A stretch of 61,375 nucleotides of DNA from Deltaproteobacteria bacterium (GCA_019310725.1 JAFDDT010000004.1:1-61375), one strand, 5' to 3'; counted from the first letter of the stretch, positions 35,465-44,277 are shown. The notes: a model not told the origin generated them from the letters alone. Translations and numbers: made by a program.

Positions 35465-35480
35465 AGCAGCTTCTGTGCCA
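35465..35480 (-). promoter_or_regulatory. Sigma-54 (-24/-12) promoter
   Basis: The minus strand reads TGGCACagaagCTGCT against the consensus TGGCAC-N5-TTGCW, with the correct GG/GC spacing. It ends 35 nt upstream of the ATG at 35429 and is followed by an AAGGAAGGAG RBS. Confidence 0.65.
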
Positions 35481-35587
35481 TGTTTGTGCTATCCTCATTG
35501 AATAGGATAACTCATTAATATTTCTGATGATATTCAGTTGGAATAAAAAAATATATGAAATACATCATACACAGAATGTATTATTAT

Positions 35588-35625
35588 TGGAACATATTTT
35601 ATGCAATGTTCCAGTATTGGAACAC
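35588..35625. promoter_or_regulatory. Candidate enhancer-binding-protein site (UAS): TGGAACAT-N10-ATGTTCCA plus a third half-site
   Basis: A perfect 8-bp inverted repeat (35588-35595 / 35606-35613) and TGGAACAC at 35618-35625. The sites lie about 110-160 bp upstream of the sigma-54 promoter, with AT-rich DNA in between. Confidence 0.45.
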
Positions 35626-35657
35626 TTAAAAGGTCCTAGACAACCTGCAAAAGGCCT

Positions 35658-37460
35658 TTATGGTGGTTTCCTGCGAAAGTAATCAAAAACATTTTTTGCT
35701 ACTAGTTGGGCAATCCCTGGAACTTGCATTAACTCTTTGAGCCCTGCCTGGGCTATAGCGTCGATATCTCCAAAAAATCCAAGCAATAACCTCTTTCTCT
35801 TTGGCCCAATCCCCGGAATTTTATCCAGCTCGGACATAGTTAACTTTTTCTTCCTTCTTTTTCGGTAATAACTGACAGCCCTCCGGTGGGTCTCATCTCT
35901 TATACGGATAAAAAGAGACAGGACTGGGTGATTGCGCGCAAGGTTAAGGGGGTTTTTCCTGTTTGGAAGATATATTTTGTCCAAAGCCCCCTGTCTTCCT
36001 CGATCAGCTTTCGCAATGGAGATAACATCAGGTGGCTTCTCAAGGCCAATAGCACCGAGCGTTTTTAAGGCTACCGCCAGATGACCCTTTCCACCATCTA
36101 TTACAAAAAGGTCTGGCGGTTTGCCCTGTTTCAGTCTTCTTCTCATTCCCTCTGCAATCATGGCATAATCATCTATCCCCCCCACCTCTTTTATCCGGTA
36201 GTTACGATAGCCGGATTTCTGCGGCAGCCCTCTGACAAAGGTGACTATGGAGGCTACGGCAAGATCACCTTTGAGATTAGATACATCTATCGCCTCTATG
36301 TGCACTGGCTTTCTTCTTAAGTGCAGTAACGATTTTGCTTCCTCAAGAAGAGCAGACTCATGGGTTTTTTGGCGTCTTAACAGTGCATTGTCAGCGTTCA
36401 CCGCAGCCATGTGGGCAAGCCTTCTCTTATGTCCCTTGGAGGGAACCGAAATAGATACCTTTCTCCCAGCTATCCCTGTCAACCATTCAGAGATCAGTTT
36501 TCTATCATCTATTGCATCTGATAGGATTATGTCAGGAGGGAAAAATTGTTTCTCTCTGTAATATTGTTTGAGGAATGCCTCCAGTATTTCACTTGAATAC
36601 TCCCATGCTCCACGTATGGAATAACTTCTGCTTCCAACCATAACACCGCCCCGCACCAAGAGAATCACCACCTCTGCTTCTTTACCAGAGTAAGATAGTC
36701 CGATAATGTCTTGATCCCTCATCTTGCTGGAAACTACTATTTGCTTTTCCACGGTTTTTTCTATAGCCCTGATTTGATCTCTCACCATGGCAGCCTTTTC
36801 AAAATTGAGCTCCCTCGAGGCATTATCCATCGCCTTCTTCAGCTTCGAGATTAATTCCTTGTTCCGTCCTTCCAAAAATAGCCTTACCTGATCAACTAAC
36901 TCCTGATAATCCTCTCCGCTGACATCCATACAACAGGGTGCCAGACACCTGCCGAGCTGATAATTCAGACAAGGCCTCGACCGCTTGGGGATTTCCCTGG
37001 TAGTACATTTTCTCAAAGGAAAGATAGGGCCTATCAAGTGCAGAGTGGAGCGTACCTCTGACACAGACGGAAAGGGGCCGAAATAGAGAGCCCCATCATT
37101 TCTCATCCTTCGTACAATAGCCAAGCGAGGATACCTCGTATTGATATCCAGCTTAACGAAGGGATAATTGGCATCATCCTTGAGATCTACGTTATACCTA
37201 GGCCGATATTTTTTTATGAGATTCCCTTCAAGTATCAAGGCCTCAGTTTCCGTACCAGTTATGATATGATCTATCCTTTCGGTATTCCTGATAATGTACG
37301 CTAACTTACCGGACTGATTACTGCCGTGGGTGAAATAGGAATTGATGCGTTTCTGTAGGTTTTTGGCCTTGCCAATATAGATTATCTTTCCAGACTTATC
37401 CTTAAAGAGATAAACTCCTGGGTTTTGAGGGAATTCTTTGATGCTATCACCACTCAGCAT
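35658..37460 (-). CDS. uvrC: Excinuclease ABC subunit C
   Basis: GIY-YIG N-terminus (GVYLFKDKSGKIIYIGKAKNL), a UVR domain, and a C-terminal (HhH)2. 600 aa. Confidence 0.95.
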   Translation of the reverse strand: MLSGDSIKEFPQNPGVYLFKDKSGKIIYIGKAKNLQKRINSYFTHGSNQSGKLAYIIRNTERIDHIITGTETEALILEGNLIKKYRPRYNVDLKDDANYPFVKLDINTRYPRLAIVRRMRNDGALYFGPFPSVSEVRSTLHLIGPIFPLRKCTTREIPKRSRPCLNYQLGRCLAPCCMDVSGEDYQELVDQVRLFLEGRNKELISKLKKAMDNASRELNFEKAAMVRDQIRAIEKTVEKQIVVSSKMRDQDIIGLSYSGKEAEVVILLVRGGVMVGSRSYSIRGAWEYSSEILEAFLKQYYREKQFFPPDIILSDAIDDRKLISEWLTGIAGRKVSISVPSKGHKRRLAHMAAVNADNALLRRQKTHESALLEEAKSLLHLRRKPVHIEAIDVSNLKGDLAVASIVTFVRGLPQKSGYRNYRIKEVGGIDDYAMIAEGMRRRLKQGKPPDLFVIDGGKGHLAVALKTLGAIGLEKPPDVISIAKADRGRQGALDKIYLPNRKNPLNLARNHPVLSLFIRIRDETHRRAVSYYRKRRKKKLTMSELDKIPGIGPKRKRLLLGFFGDIDAIAQAGLKELMQVPGIAQLVAKNVFDYFRRKPP

Positions 37461-37730
37461 TGTTCAATCCAGTACATCAAGGCGGCGCTTATTGCCAGTT
37501 GCCAATTGGCACGTGCTGAGGTATCGTGAGGGGCGAAAACACCCTTTGCCTATGGGAACCTCATGACCTCCCTAGAGCCTGAATGATCACCCACTATTTT
37601 TATGCAAACACCTTTGAACCATGCCAACGTATTGTATATTATATACTATAATTTTTTAAATTGTGGGTACCAAAGAAATTTTCTTAGTATTCCACGGAAA
37701 AATATATTAGAAACTAAGGGGTCATTTTGA

Positions 37731-39059
37731 TTGATGAAGGGAACCATATCAGGAGATTCAAAGATGACGTTACACCCAGAGAGGATCGATAACTTAAGGC
37801 CTGACCAGTATCGGGACATCCTGACAAGATCACGCACAGATGTTACCTCAATTCTTGACGATGTAAGGGAGATCGTCAGAGATGTCAGAGAAAATGGCGA
37901 ACAGGTGTTCCTTGATTACTATAGAAAAGAATATAAATCGGATCTGACCCCAAAAGACCTGGAGGTCAGCAAGGAAGAGGTAGCAGAAGCCTATCGTCAT
38001 GTTGATTCAAAGGTGATCGATGCCCTCAACCTTGCTGCCCAGAATATAACCAAGTTTCATCAAGCACAGATGGAAAGAGAGATGTGGTCTGTTGACATAG
38101 CAAACGGCATCTTGGCTGGACGGATGACCACGCCCTTGGAAAAGGTTGGTGCCTACATACCTGGCGGAAGGGCTTCGTATCCCAGCACTGTCTTAATGAC
38201 CCTCTTGCCTGGAAAGGTAGCCGGAGTGAAGGAGATTATTGCGTGCTCCCCTCCTGGTAAAGGTATGGCCATAGCTCCCCCTACCCTCGTAGCTGCAGAT
38301 ATAGCTGGGCCGGTAAGGATCTTTAAAGTTGGGGGTCCCTGGGCAATTGCCTCGATGGCCTATGGCACCAAGACGATTCCCAGGGTAGACAAAATAGTCG
38401 GGCCTGGAAACAAATATGTGACCGCAGCAAAGACTATCGTGTTTGGAGAGGTAGATATAGACTCGCCTGCAGGGCCAAGTGAGGGAATGGTTCTGGCTGA
38501 CAAAACAGGAAATGTAAATCTGATTGCCATAGATCTCTTATCCCAGGCAGAGCATGATCCAGATTCAGCAGCTATCCTCGTAACCCCTTCAGATGACCTT
38601 GCAGCAGCGGTTTCTGAGAGTATCAACAAAAGGCTCCCCGGACTTCCTCGGAAAGAAATCCTTGATTCCTCTCTTGCAAGATACTCCTGTATTCTGATCG
38701 CCACGGATATGGACCAAGCCATTGATTTTGTCAACGAGTATGCACCTGAACACCTGGAGATCATGACTGAACACCCTTACACTACCCTCAAAATGGTTAG
38801 AAATGCGGGCTCCATATTTCTGGGGCCATTTTCACCCATATCAGCAGGTGATTATGCCTCTGGAACAAATCACGTCCTGCCCACCGGCCAGTCAGCACGA
38901 ATGTTTTCCGGGTTGTCCATCGATGATTTTATAAAGAAACCAACCTTTCAGTATTTAAGCAAGGAAGGGCTTTCACTGTTAAGAGATGCAGTCGTTACCT
39001 TAGCGGAAGCAGAAGGACTTCCTCTTCACGCACAGGCAATACTGGAAAGATTCAGATAA
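37731..39059 (+). CDS. hisD: Histidinol dehydrogenase
   Basis: LLSQAEHDPDSAAILVT, NEYAPEHLE and GDYASGTNHVLPT motifs. The start is uncertain (TTG 37731, ATG 37734 or 37764). Confidence 0.9.
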   Translation: MMKGTISGDSKMTLHPERIDNLRPDQYRDILTRSRTDVTSILDDVREIVRDVRENGEQVFLDYYRKEYKSDLTPKDLEVSKEEVAEAYRHVDSKVIDALNLAAQNITKFHQAQMEREMWSVDIANGILAGRMTTPLEKVGAYIPGGRASYPSTVLMTLLPGKVAGVKEIIACSPPGKGMAIAPPTLVAADIAGPVRIFKVGGPWAIASMAYGTKTIPRVDKIVGPGNKYVTAAKTIVFGEVDIDSPAGPSEGMVLADKTGNVNLIAIDLLSQAEHDPDSAAILVTPSDDLAAAVSESINKRLPGLPRKEILDSSLARYSCILIATDMDQAIDFVNEYAPEHLEIMTEHPYTTLKMVRNAGSIFLGPFSPISAGDYASGTNHVLPTGQSARMFSGLSIDDFIKKPTFQYLSKEGLSLLRDAVVTLAEAEGLPLHAQAILERFR

Positions 39060-39148
39060 TCTGCACTTTTTTATTGAATTCTGGGCATTTCTTTAATAAA
39101 TGAGTACATCGTAATAGAAAGTGACAAACAATTCTAAGGAGGTAGGGT

Positions 39149-39586
39149 ATGGCGAATATAAAGGGTTACAACATGCCGGATGAACTGTACTACCATCAAG
39201 AGCACAGTTGGGCCAGGGTAGAAAACGGAAAGGTTACGGTGGGCATGGACGACATGTTCCAAAAGGAGGCAGGTGATATCGTGTTTGTAGATCTCCCTGA
39301 TGAAGAAGATGAGGTCGAGCAGAACGAGGTATGCGGCAAGATTCAATCACGAAAATGGATCGGAAAACTCTGCGCCCCGGTATCTGGAGAGATTGTCGAG
39401 ATCAATGAAGAGTTAGAGGATGATACCTCCCTCATCAATGAAGATCCTTACGGGAAGGGATGGATCCTGGTTATTGAGCCGAGCGATCTGGAAAGTGAGC
39501 TCGGGAACCTTATACATGGAGATGCTCTTATCCCCTTTGTCGATCAAGAGATAAAACGGACTGAGGAAGAAAGGGCAAAGGCCTGA
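39149..39586 (+). CDS. gcvH: Glycine-cleavage H-protein-like lipoyl carrier
   Basis: H-protein pattern HSWARVENGKVTVG. The lipoyl-lysine context SRKWIGKLCAPVSGEIVEINEEL aligns with ESVKAASDIYAPVSGEIV. Confidence 0.8.
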   Translation: MANIKGYNMPDELYYHQEHSWARVENGKVTVGMDDMFQKEAGDIVFVDLPDEEDEVEQNEVCGKIQSRKWIGKLCAPVSGEIVEINEELEDDTSLINEDPYGKGWILVIEPSDLESELGNLIHGDALIPFVDQEIKRTEEERAKA

Positions 39587-40650
39587 TGACTTCATGGAGG
39601 CTTTTCAAGGATACAGTAAATCCTGTTTCAACAGCCTTGGGTCTTTCCATTGATGATACCCTTCCCCTATCCTTATCCCAACATGGTTCACCACCAATTC
39701 TTCACCTTTATATTTTCAAACCGTCAGCCATTGTTGGAAAATATCAGGACATAAATGCTGCTCTGAAGCTTGATAGATGCAGGCACAGGCAAATTGAGCA
39801 CAACCGCAGGAGTACCGGTGGTGGAACAGTAATAATGGGTCCGAAGGTGGTTGCCCTGGGTCTGGGTATTACCTTCGACCACCCTGGTTTAAAAGGAGGA
39901 ATTAATGGCATATTTGAATCCCTGAGCACTGTCTTGATGGATGCTTTGCAGGATTTTGGCATAAAGGCCGGGTTCAGGCCCAAGAATGACCTTGAGGTAC
40001 ACGGTCGAAAGATAGCAGGTCTCTCTGCATCTCTGGACACAGAAAAGGCGATTCTGTTTCATGCAAGCCTGCTCGTGGATTTTGATATCTCCCTGATGCT
40101 GGACATTATGCATCAACCTTCCCTGAAACTCTCTGATAAAGGCTATAGCTGTTTCAGCCAGAGGATAACTACCATCAGAGAACAATTGGGCTGTGATATA
40201 GATATGGACACTGTTGTTGCCGCCATAGAAAACGCCTTCATCCAAAAATTTGATATTTCCTTTGAGGTGGATGGGCCTGACACGTGGGAGAAAAAGAGCA
40301 TACAGGAGTTTTTTACCACTCGGTATACAAATCCCGATTGGATCTTTTCTCACAAACATCCCAGATCGAGCATGGGCGTAAGTGCAGTCAAAACACCAGG
40401 GGGGCTTCTGGAGATATACCTCGCTCTCGCAGGCAACACCATTGAGCATATCATGATTACCGGGGACTTTTTTTCCACGACCAAAGATATCAATCTTCTG
40501 GAGTCCTCTCTCAAGTGGACATCAGCAAAAAGGGAAAAGATTGAGGAACATCTCTCTGAGGTGTGGAGAAACGAGATCATTTATGGGGTCGGTTTCGACA
40601 CGTTGACAGAGGCAATCCTGCAGGCCAAGGAAAAGCTAGTAGCCACGTGA
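39586..40650 (+). CDS. Lipoate/octanoate-protein ligase family protein (LplA/sLpl(AB)-like)
   Basis: RRSTGGGTVIMG and GRKIAGLSAS motifs of the BPL/LPL catalytic domain. The start overlaps the gcvH stop (TGATG). 354 aa. Confidence 0.75.
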   Translation: MTSWRLFKDTVNPVSTALGLSIDDTLPLSLSQHGSPPILHLYIFKPSAIVGKYQDINAALKLDRCRHRQIEHNRRSTGGGTVIMGPKVVALGLGITFDHPGLKGGINGIFESLSTVLMDALQDFGIKAGFRPKNDLEVHGRKIAGLSASLDTEKAILFHASLLVDFDISLMLDIMHQPSLKLSDKGYSCFSQRITTIREQLGCDIDMDTVVAAIENAFIQKFDISFEVDGPDTWEKKSIQEFFTTRYTNPDWIFSHKHPRSSMGVSAVKTPGGLLEIYLALAGNTIEHIMITGDFFSTTKDINLLESSLKWTSAKREKIEEHLSEVWRNEIIYGVGFDTLTEAILQAKEKLVAT

Positions 40651-40662
40651 AAAAGAGAACAG

Positions 40663-41715
40663 ATGGTTGCTGACCGCATAAAACAGAGCCCAGACTATGC
40701 AAGGATAAGTAGTGCCACTGCCATGTCTCTGGGTCTGTCTCATGGGAGATTTTACCGAGGGGCTAGAAATCGATGCGCAAATCTTCTTGTTCACTACAAC
40801 GAGGGATGTGCAGCAAATTGTGCTTACTGCGGCCTCGCAAAAAAAAGAACGGGTTCGTATAGGGAAAAGAGCTTCATTATGGTTCAATGGCCTCTCTTCT
40901 CTATGGATGCCATTATTGAGGCTATCAACGCTTGTCCCAAGTATGTCAAGAGGACCTGTATTTCCATGATCACCAATGGCAGATGCCGAAGAGATACCAT
41001 CGCTATGATTCAGCGACTCAAAAAGGAGACTGCAATCCCGATCTCCATCCTTATAAGCCCAACAGTATTGAAGATTGATGATCTCAAAGCAATGAAAGAA
41101 AGCGGTGCAGACAAGATTGGTGTCGCTATTGATCTGGCCACCCCGGAGCTTTTCGATCTTTACAGGGGAAAGGGGGTGTCAGGACCTCACAAATGGGCTA
41201 AATACTGGCAGACCGCGGCCGATGGCCTTGAGGTCTTTGGTGAACGTAATGTTGGAAGTCACCTCATGGTAGGCATGGGTGAGACTGAAAAGGAGATGGT
41301 TACCGTTATGGAAAGGCTTTGGAGCATGGGGGTTGTAAATCATCTCTTTTCGTTTTTTGCTGAACCCAATTCCAAACTGGAAAACAGAAAACAGCCACCG
41401 TGGCCCACCTATCTGAGAATTCAGCTTGCGCGCTATCTATTAGAAGAATGTTCTATCTCGGCATTCGACATGGATTTCGATAAAGATGGACATATTAGGA
41501 ATTTTGGTCTACCAAAAGATGATTTGACTCATATCATCAACCTGGGCACCCCGTTTATGACTGGTGGATGTCTGGATGAGGATGGCGAAGTTGCCTGCAA
41601 CAGACCTTTTGGCAACTGCCTGCCCGGAGAAAAACAATGGAATTATCCATACCCGCCTAATGAAGAGGAACTAAACCTGATTCAAAATCACATCTTCACC
41701 ATAGATCCAAATTGA
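40663..41715 (+). CDS. Radical SAM protein (biotin/lipoyl-synthase-related, LipS-like candidate)
   Basis: The CAANCAYCG (CxxxCxxC) cluster motif about 50 aa from the N-terminus. 350 aa. Directly downstream of the ligase gene. Confidence 0.6.
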   Translation: MVADRIKQSPDYARISSATAMSLGLSHGRFYRGARNRCANLLVHYNEGCAANCAYCGLAKKRTGSYREKSFIMVQWPLFSMDAIIEAINACPKYVKRTCISMITNGRCRRDTIAMIQRLKKETAIPISILISPTVLKIDDLKAMKESGADKIGVAIDLATPELFDLYRGKGVSGPHKWAKYWQTAADGLEVFGERNVGSHLMVGMGETEKEMVTVMERLWSMGVVNHLFSFFAEPNSKLENRKQPPWPTYLRIQLARYLLEECSISAFDMDFDKDGHIRNFGLPKDDLTHIINLGTPFMTGGCLDEDGEVACNRPFGNCLPGEKQWNYPYPPNEEELNLIQNHIFTIDPN

Positions 41716-41792
41716 ACTCCATATAAGCCTGTAAAATTTTTTTGACACACCATCCCAATAGTGTTACTAAAACATCTAGGCACTTTATGTAT

Positions 41793-41869
41793 GGGCCGTT
41801 AGCTCAGTCAGGTAGAGCAGCGGACTTTTAATCCGTTGGTCGCGTGTTCGATTCACGCACGGCCCACCA
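41793..41869 (+). tRNA. tRNA-Lys (anticodon UUU), CCA encoded
   Basis: Folded by hand. Acceptor GGGCCGT/ACGGCCC, D arm GCTC/GAGC, anticodon stem GCGGA/TCCGT with loop CTTTTAA, T arm GCGTG-TTCGATT-CACGC. Confidence 0.9.
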
Positions 41870-42241
41870 GAACTGATAAGGGTTTCAGGATATTGGTCAT
41901 TTCTCAACATCCTGATTTGTAACCATTTTGCTACCATCTTCGAAGAAAACCGCATTTCCTTAAGATGAATTTTGTCATAGTTGATTGAAGCAACCAATCA
42001 CTGTTGATCTTTATCCTTTGATTAGGGTGGGTAATTATTTGATACAGCCGGAAGTCTGGTCGTATAGGGTTACTCGGACAAGGATACTGCTTATGAGTTA
42101 ATAGAGAGGTCTGCTTATAGTAATTGGTACTCAGCTATACTTCGTCATCAAGATTTCAAAGAGACTATTTAAAGCGCTTTCAAGGTCTTGGTAAAATTTT
42201 TAGGAAAATAAAAGGGAACCGAGAAAAAACTGCGGTCCGCC

Positions 42242-43687
42242 ATGCTAGGTTCTATGGCTGAAAACAAATACGAACCACTCACAAAATGCCTTTGCACTAA
42301 TACATGGATAGATTATATAAAGTCCCAAGGTTGGAATACTGAGGGACTTTATGATGGATTGGGTTACGATGAAGAGTATATGTGTGATGTCGAGAACTGG
42401 ATGCCTTCTGGCCAGGTTTACAAATTTTCCATAAACATAACTGCAAAATTTCAAGAAGGCCCTGAATTATTCTACAGGATGGGCATTTGGGCTGCAAAAC
42501 ACCGAACGGTTGGAGCCCTATATGCCATGGCTAGATCCTTCATAGACCCCGGTTTCATATATGATCGCTTACCTAAGTATATTGAAAATTTCAATAAGCA
42601 CATGAAAATGGAAATTGTTGAAAGATCAAAGAACAAGGCACTTTTGAACACCTATCATATGACGGAAGTAAAGGCTATTAAAGAAATTTGTGAATGGACT
42701 CGTGGTCTCATAGCAGCAGCCCCCTGTGTGCTGAATTTACCTGCTGCAGAGGCCAAGGAGACTTTGTGTGAACTTAATGGTGATGAGTGTTGTCAATATG
42801 AAGTCGTCTGGACAAGACGCAAAAATATTCTTGTATCTATGTGGGAAAAGACATTAGGTCAAAAAAAAATTATTCAGGAACAACGATTGGCCTTAGAAAA
42901 AGATCAAGAGAAGCTGCTGGAGCATTTCGAAGAGCGAATGAGGCTTAAGCATGCGTTAGATTTGGCCATGGAGGTCCAACAGAATCTTTTGCCAAGAACT
43001 GATCCCAAGATCGAGGGATTGGATATTGCAGGGAAAAGCATTTACTGTGACGAAACCGGGGGCGACTACTACGATTTCCTGTACAGGGGTAATAAATACG
43101 GGCGAAGAAAGATCGCCGTCCTAGTGGGTGATGTCTCAGAACACGGTATCCCCGCGGCCCTGCTTATGACCACTGCCCGTGCCTCTCTTCGGCAGCGCTC
43201 TTCCATGTCAGGCAGCATTGAGCGCATTGTTTCAGCTGTGAACCGGCAGCTGAGCCATGACGTCGAGGAAACGGGCCGGTTTATGACTTTGTTTTATTGT
43301 GAGATTGACACCGAAAACAAATCCCTCCGCTGGGTCAACGCCGGGCATGATCCGGCTATTATCTACGACTCCAGTAGCGACAATTTTGAGGAACTTGGAG
43401 GAAGGGCTTTACCATTGGGCGTGTTTGAAGACTCCAAGTATAGAGAATCGCACCGAGAAATTACCCCAGGCCAGATCTTCGTAATTGGCACCGACGGCGT
43501 TTGGGAGGCCCGCAACCCGAAGGGCGAGATGTTTGGGAAAAAAAGGTTAAGAGATATCATCCGCGCTTATGCAACCAAGCCTGCAAAACAGATACTAGAT
43601 GCGGTGATAAGGGAATCAGAACAGTTTAGAAATCCGCTAGGTATAGAAGATGACTTCACGTTGGTGGTTGTCAAGGTTGAACTGTAA
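42242..43687 (+). CDS. PP2C/SpoIIE-family serine phosphatase with N-terminal V4R-like sensor domain
   Basis: The C-terminal part GGDYYDF...VGDVSEHG...TDGVWEA...DDFTLVVV is typical SpoIIE/RsbU. The N-terminal ~190 aa end in CELNGDECCQYEV, which resembles the end of a V4R domain. Confidence 0.75.
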   Translation: MLGSMAENKYEPLTKCLCTNTWIDYIKSQGWNTEGLYDGLGYDEEYMCDVENWMPSGQVYKFSINITAKFQEGPELFYRMGIWAAKHRTVGALYAMARSFIDPGFIYDRLPKYIENFNKHMKMEIVERSKNKALLNTYHMTEVKAIKEICEWTRGLIAAAPCVLNLPAAEAKETLCELNGDECCQYEVVWTRRKNILVSMWEKTLGQKKIIQEQRLALEKDQEKLLEHFEERMRLKHALDLAMEVQQNLLPRTDPKIEGLDIAGKSIYCDETGGDYYDFLYRGNKYGRRKIAVLVGDVSEHGIPAALLMTTARASLRQRSSMSGSIERIVSAVNRQLSHDVEETGRFMTLFYCEIDTENKSLRWVNAGHDPAIIYDSSSDNFEELGGRALPLGVFEDSKYRESHREITPGQIFVIGTDGVWEARNPKGEMFGKKRLRDIIRAYATKPAKQILDAVIRESEQFRNPLGIEDDFTLVVVKVEL

Positions 43688-43810
43688 CGCAACTGGCAAT
43701 GGTTTTGGTCGAGAAAACCCAGCCCGAGGACAATAGGTGGTATCTGCCAGTCGCCTTTGACACAGTCGATGGGAGGCTTGTGGCAAGCCCCACTCATCTA
43801 AACCATGTGG

Positions 43811-43843
43811 GGCATAATCCAAAAAAAAGATACCCATACCCTG
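43811..43843 (-). repeat. Short interspersed motif, copy E (inverted orientation, T-run half only)
   Basis: ggcataatccaaaaaaaagatacccataccctg is the reverse complement of the 3' half of copy B (44228-44277). Confidence 0.7.
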
Positions 43844-44029
43844 CAAGAAGCCCGAAAATCAATAGCCCTAGGTTTCACTATGACGTGGCCCTGTGGTAGT
43901 AGATAGGATTGTTGTGGAGCACTACCTTCATGATGTAGGCTGGGTTCAGGCCCTTTTTCAAGGCTTCTACAGAAACTCATAATTTCTGACCAGTTCAATT
44001 CCGTAGATACTGCAGTAGTAGTACTGGTA

Positions 44030-44070
44030 GTAGAAACAAAAGAGGGTTGCCGAAATTCCGGAAACCCTCT
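44030..44070 (-). terminator. Rho-independent terminator downstream of tRNA-Val
   Basis: The stem agagggtt / aaccctct (44041-44070) is followed on the minus strand by TTTTGTTTCT. Confidence 0.65.
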
Positions 44071-44079
44071 AATTTTCCA

Positions 44080-44154
44080 TGGTGGGCGGTGTGGGATTTG
44101 AACCCACGACTTCCACCGTGTGAGGATGGCACTCTCCCGCTGAGTTAACCGCCC
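44080..44154 (-). tRNA. tRNA-Val (anticodon CAC), CCA encoded
   Basis: The reverse complement folds as acceptor GGGCGGT/ACCGCCC, anticodon stem CCATC/GGTGG with loop CTCACAC, and T arm GTGGG-TTCAAAT-CCCAC. Confidence 0.9.
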
Positions 44155-44227
44155 AAACTTATTACGCTATACAAACCGGTACTATAACCGGTTATGATTT
44201 GCAAACAAAATTAATCAAGTCCAACAG

Positions 44228-44277
44228 CAGGGTAACGTCAAAGTCCAGGGTATGGGTGTCTTTTTTTTGGTTATGCC
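44228..44277 (+). repeat. Short interspersed motif, copy B (full length)
   Basis: cagggtaacgtcaaagtccagggtatgggtgtcttttttttggttatgcc. It abuts the rluB stop codon and contains the direct repeat CAGGGTA twice, with starts 18 nt apart. Confidence 0.8.

Noticed and set aside
44228-44277. The interspersed motif acting as a rho-independent terminator, because of its T8 run
   Set aside because: I found no self-complementary stem preceding the T-run in any copy. In addition, copies D and E lack either the T-run or the 5' half.
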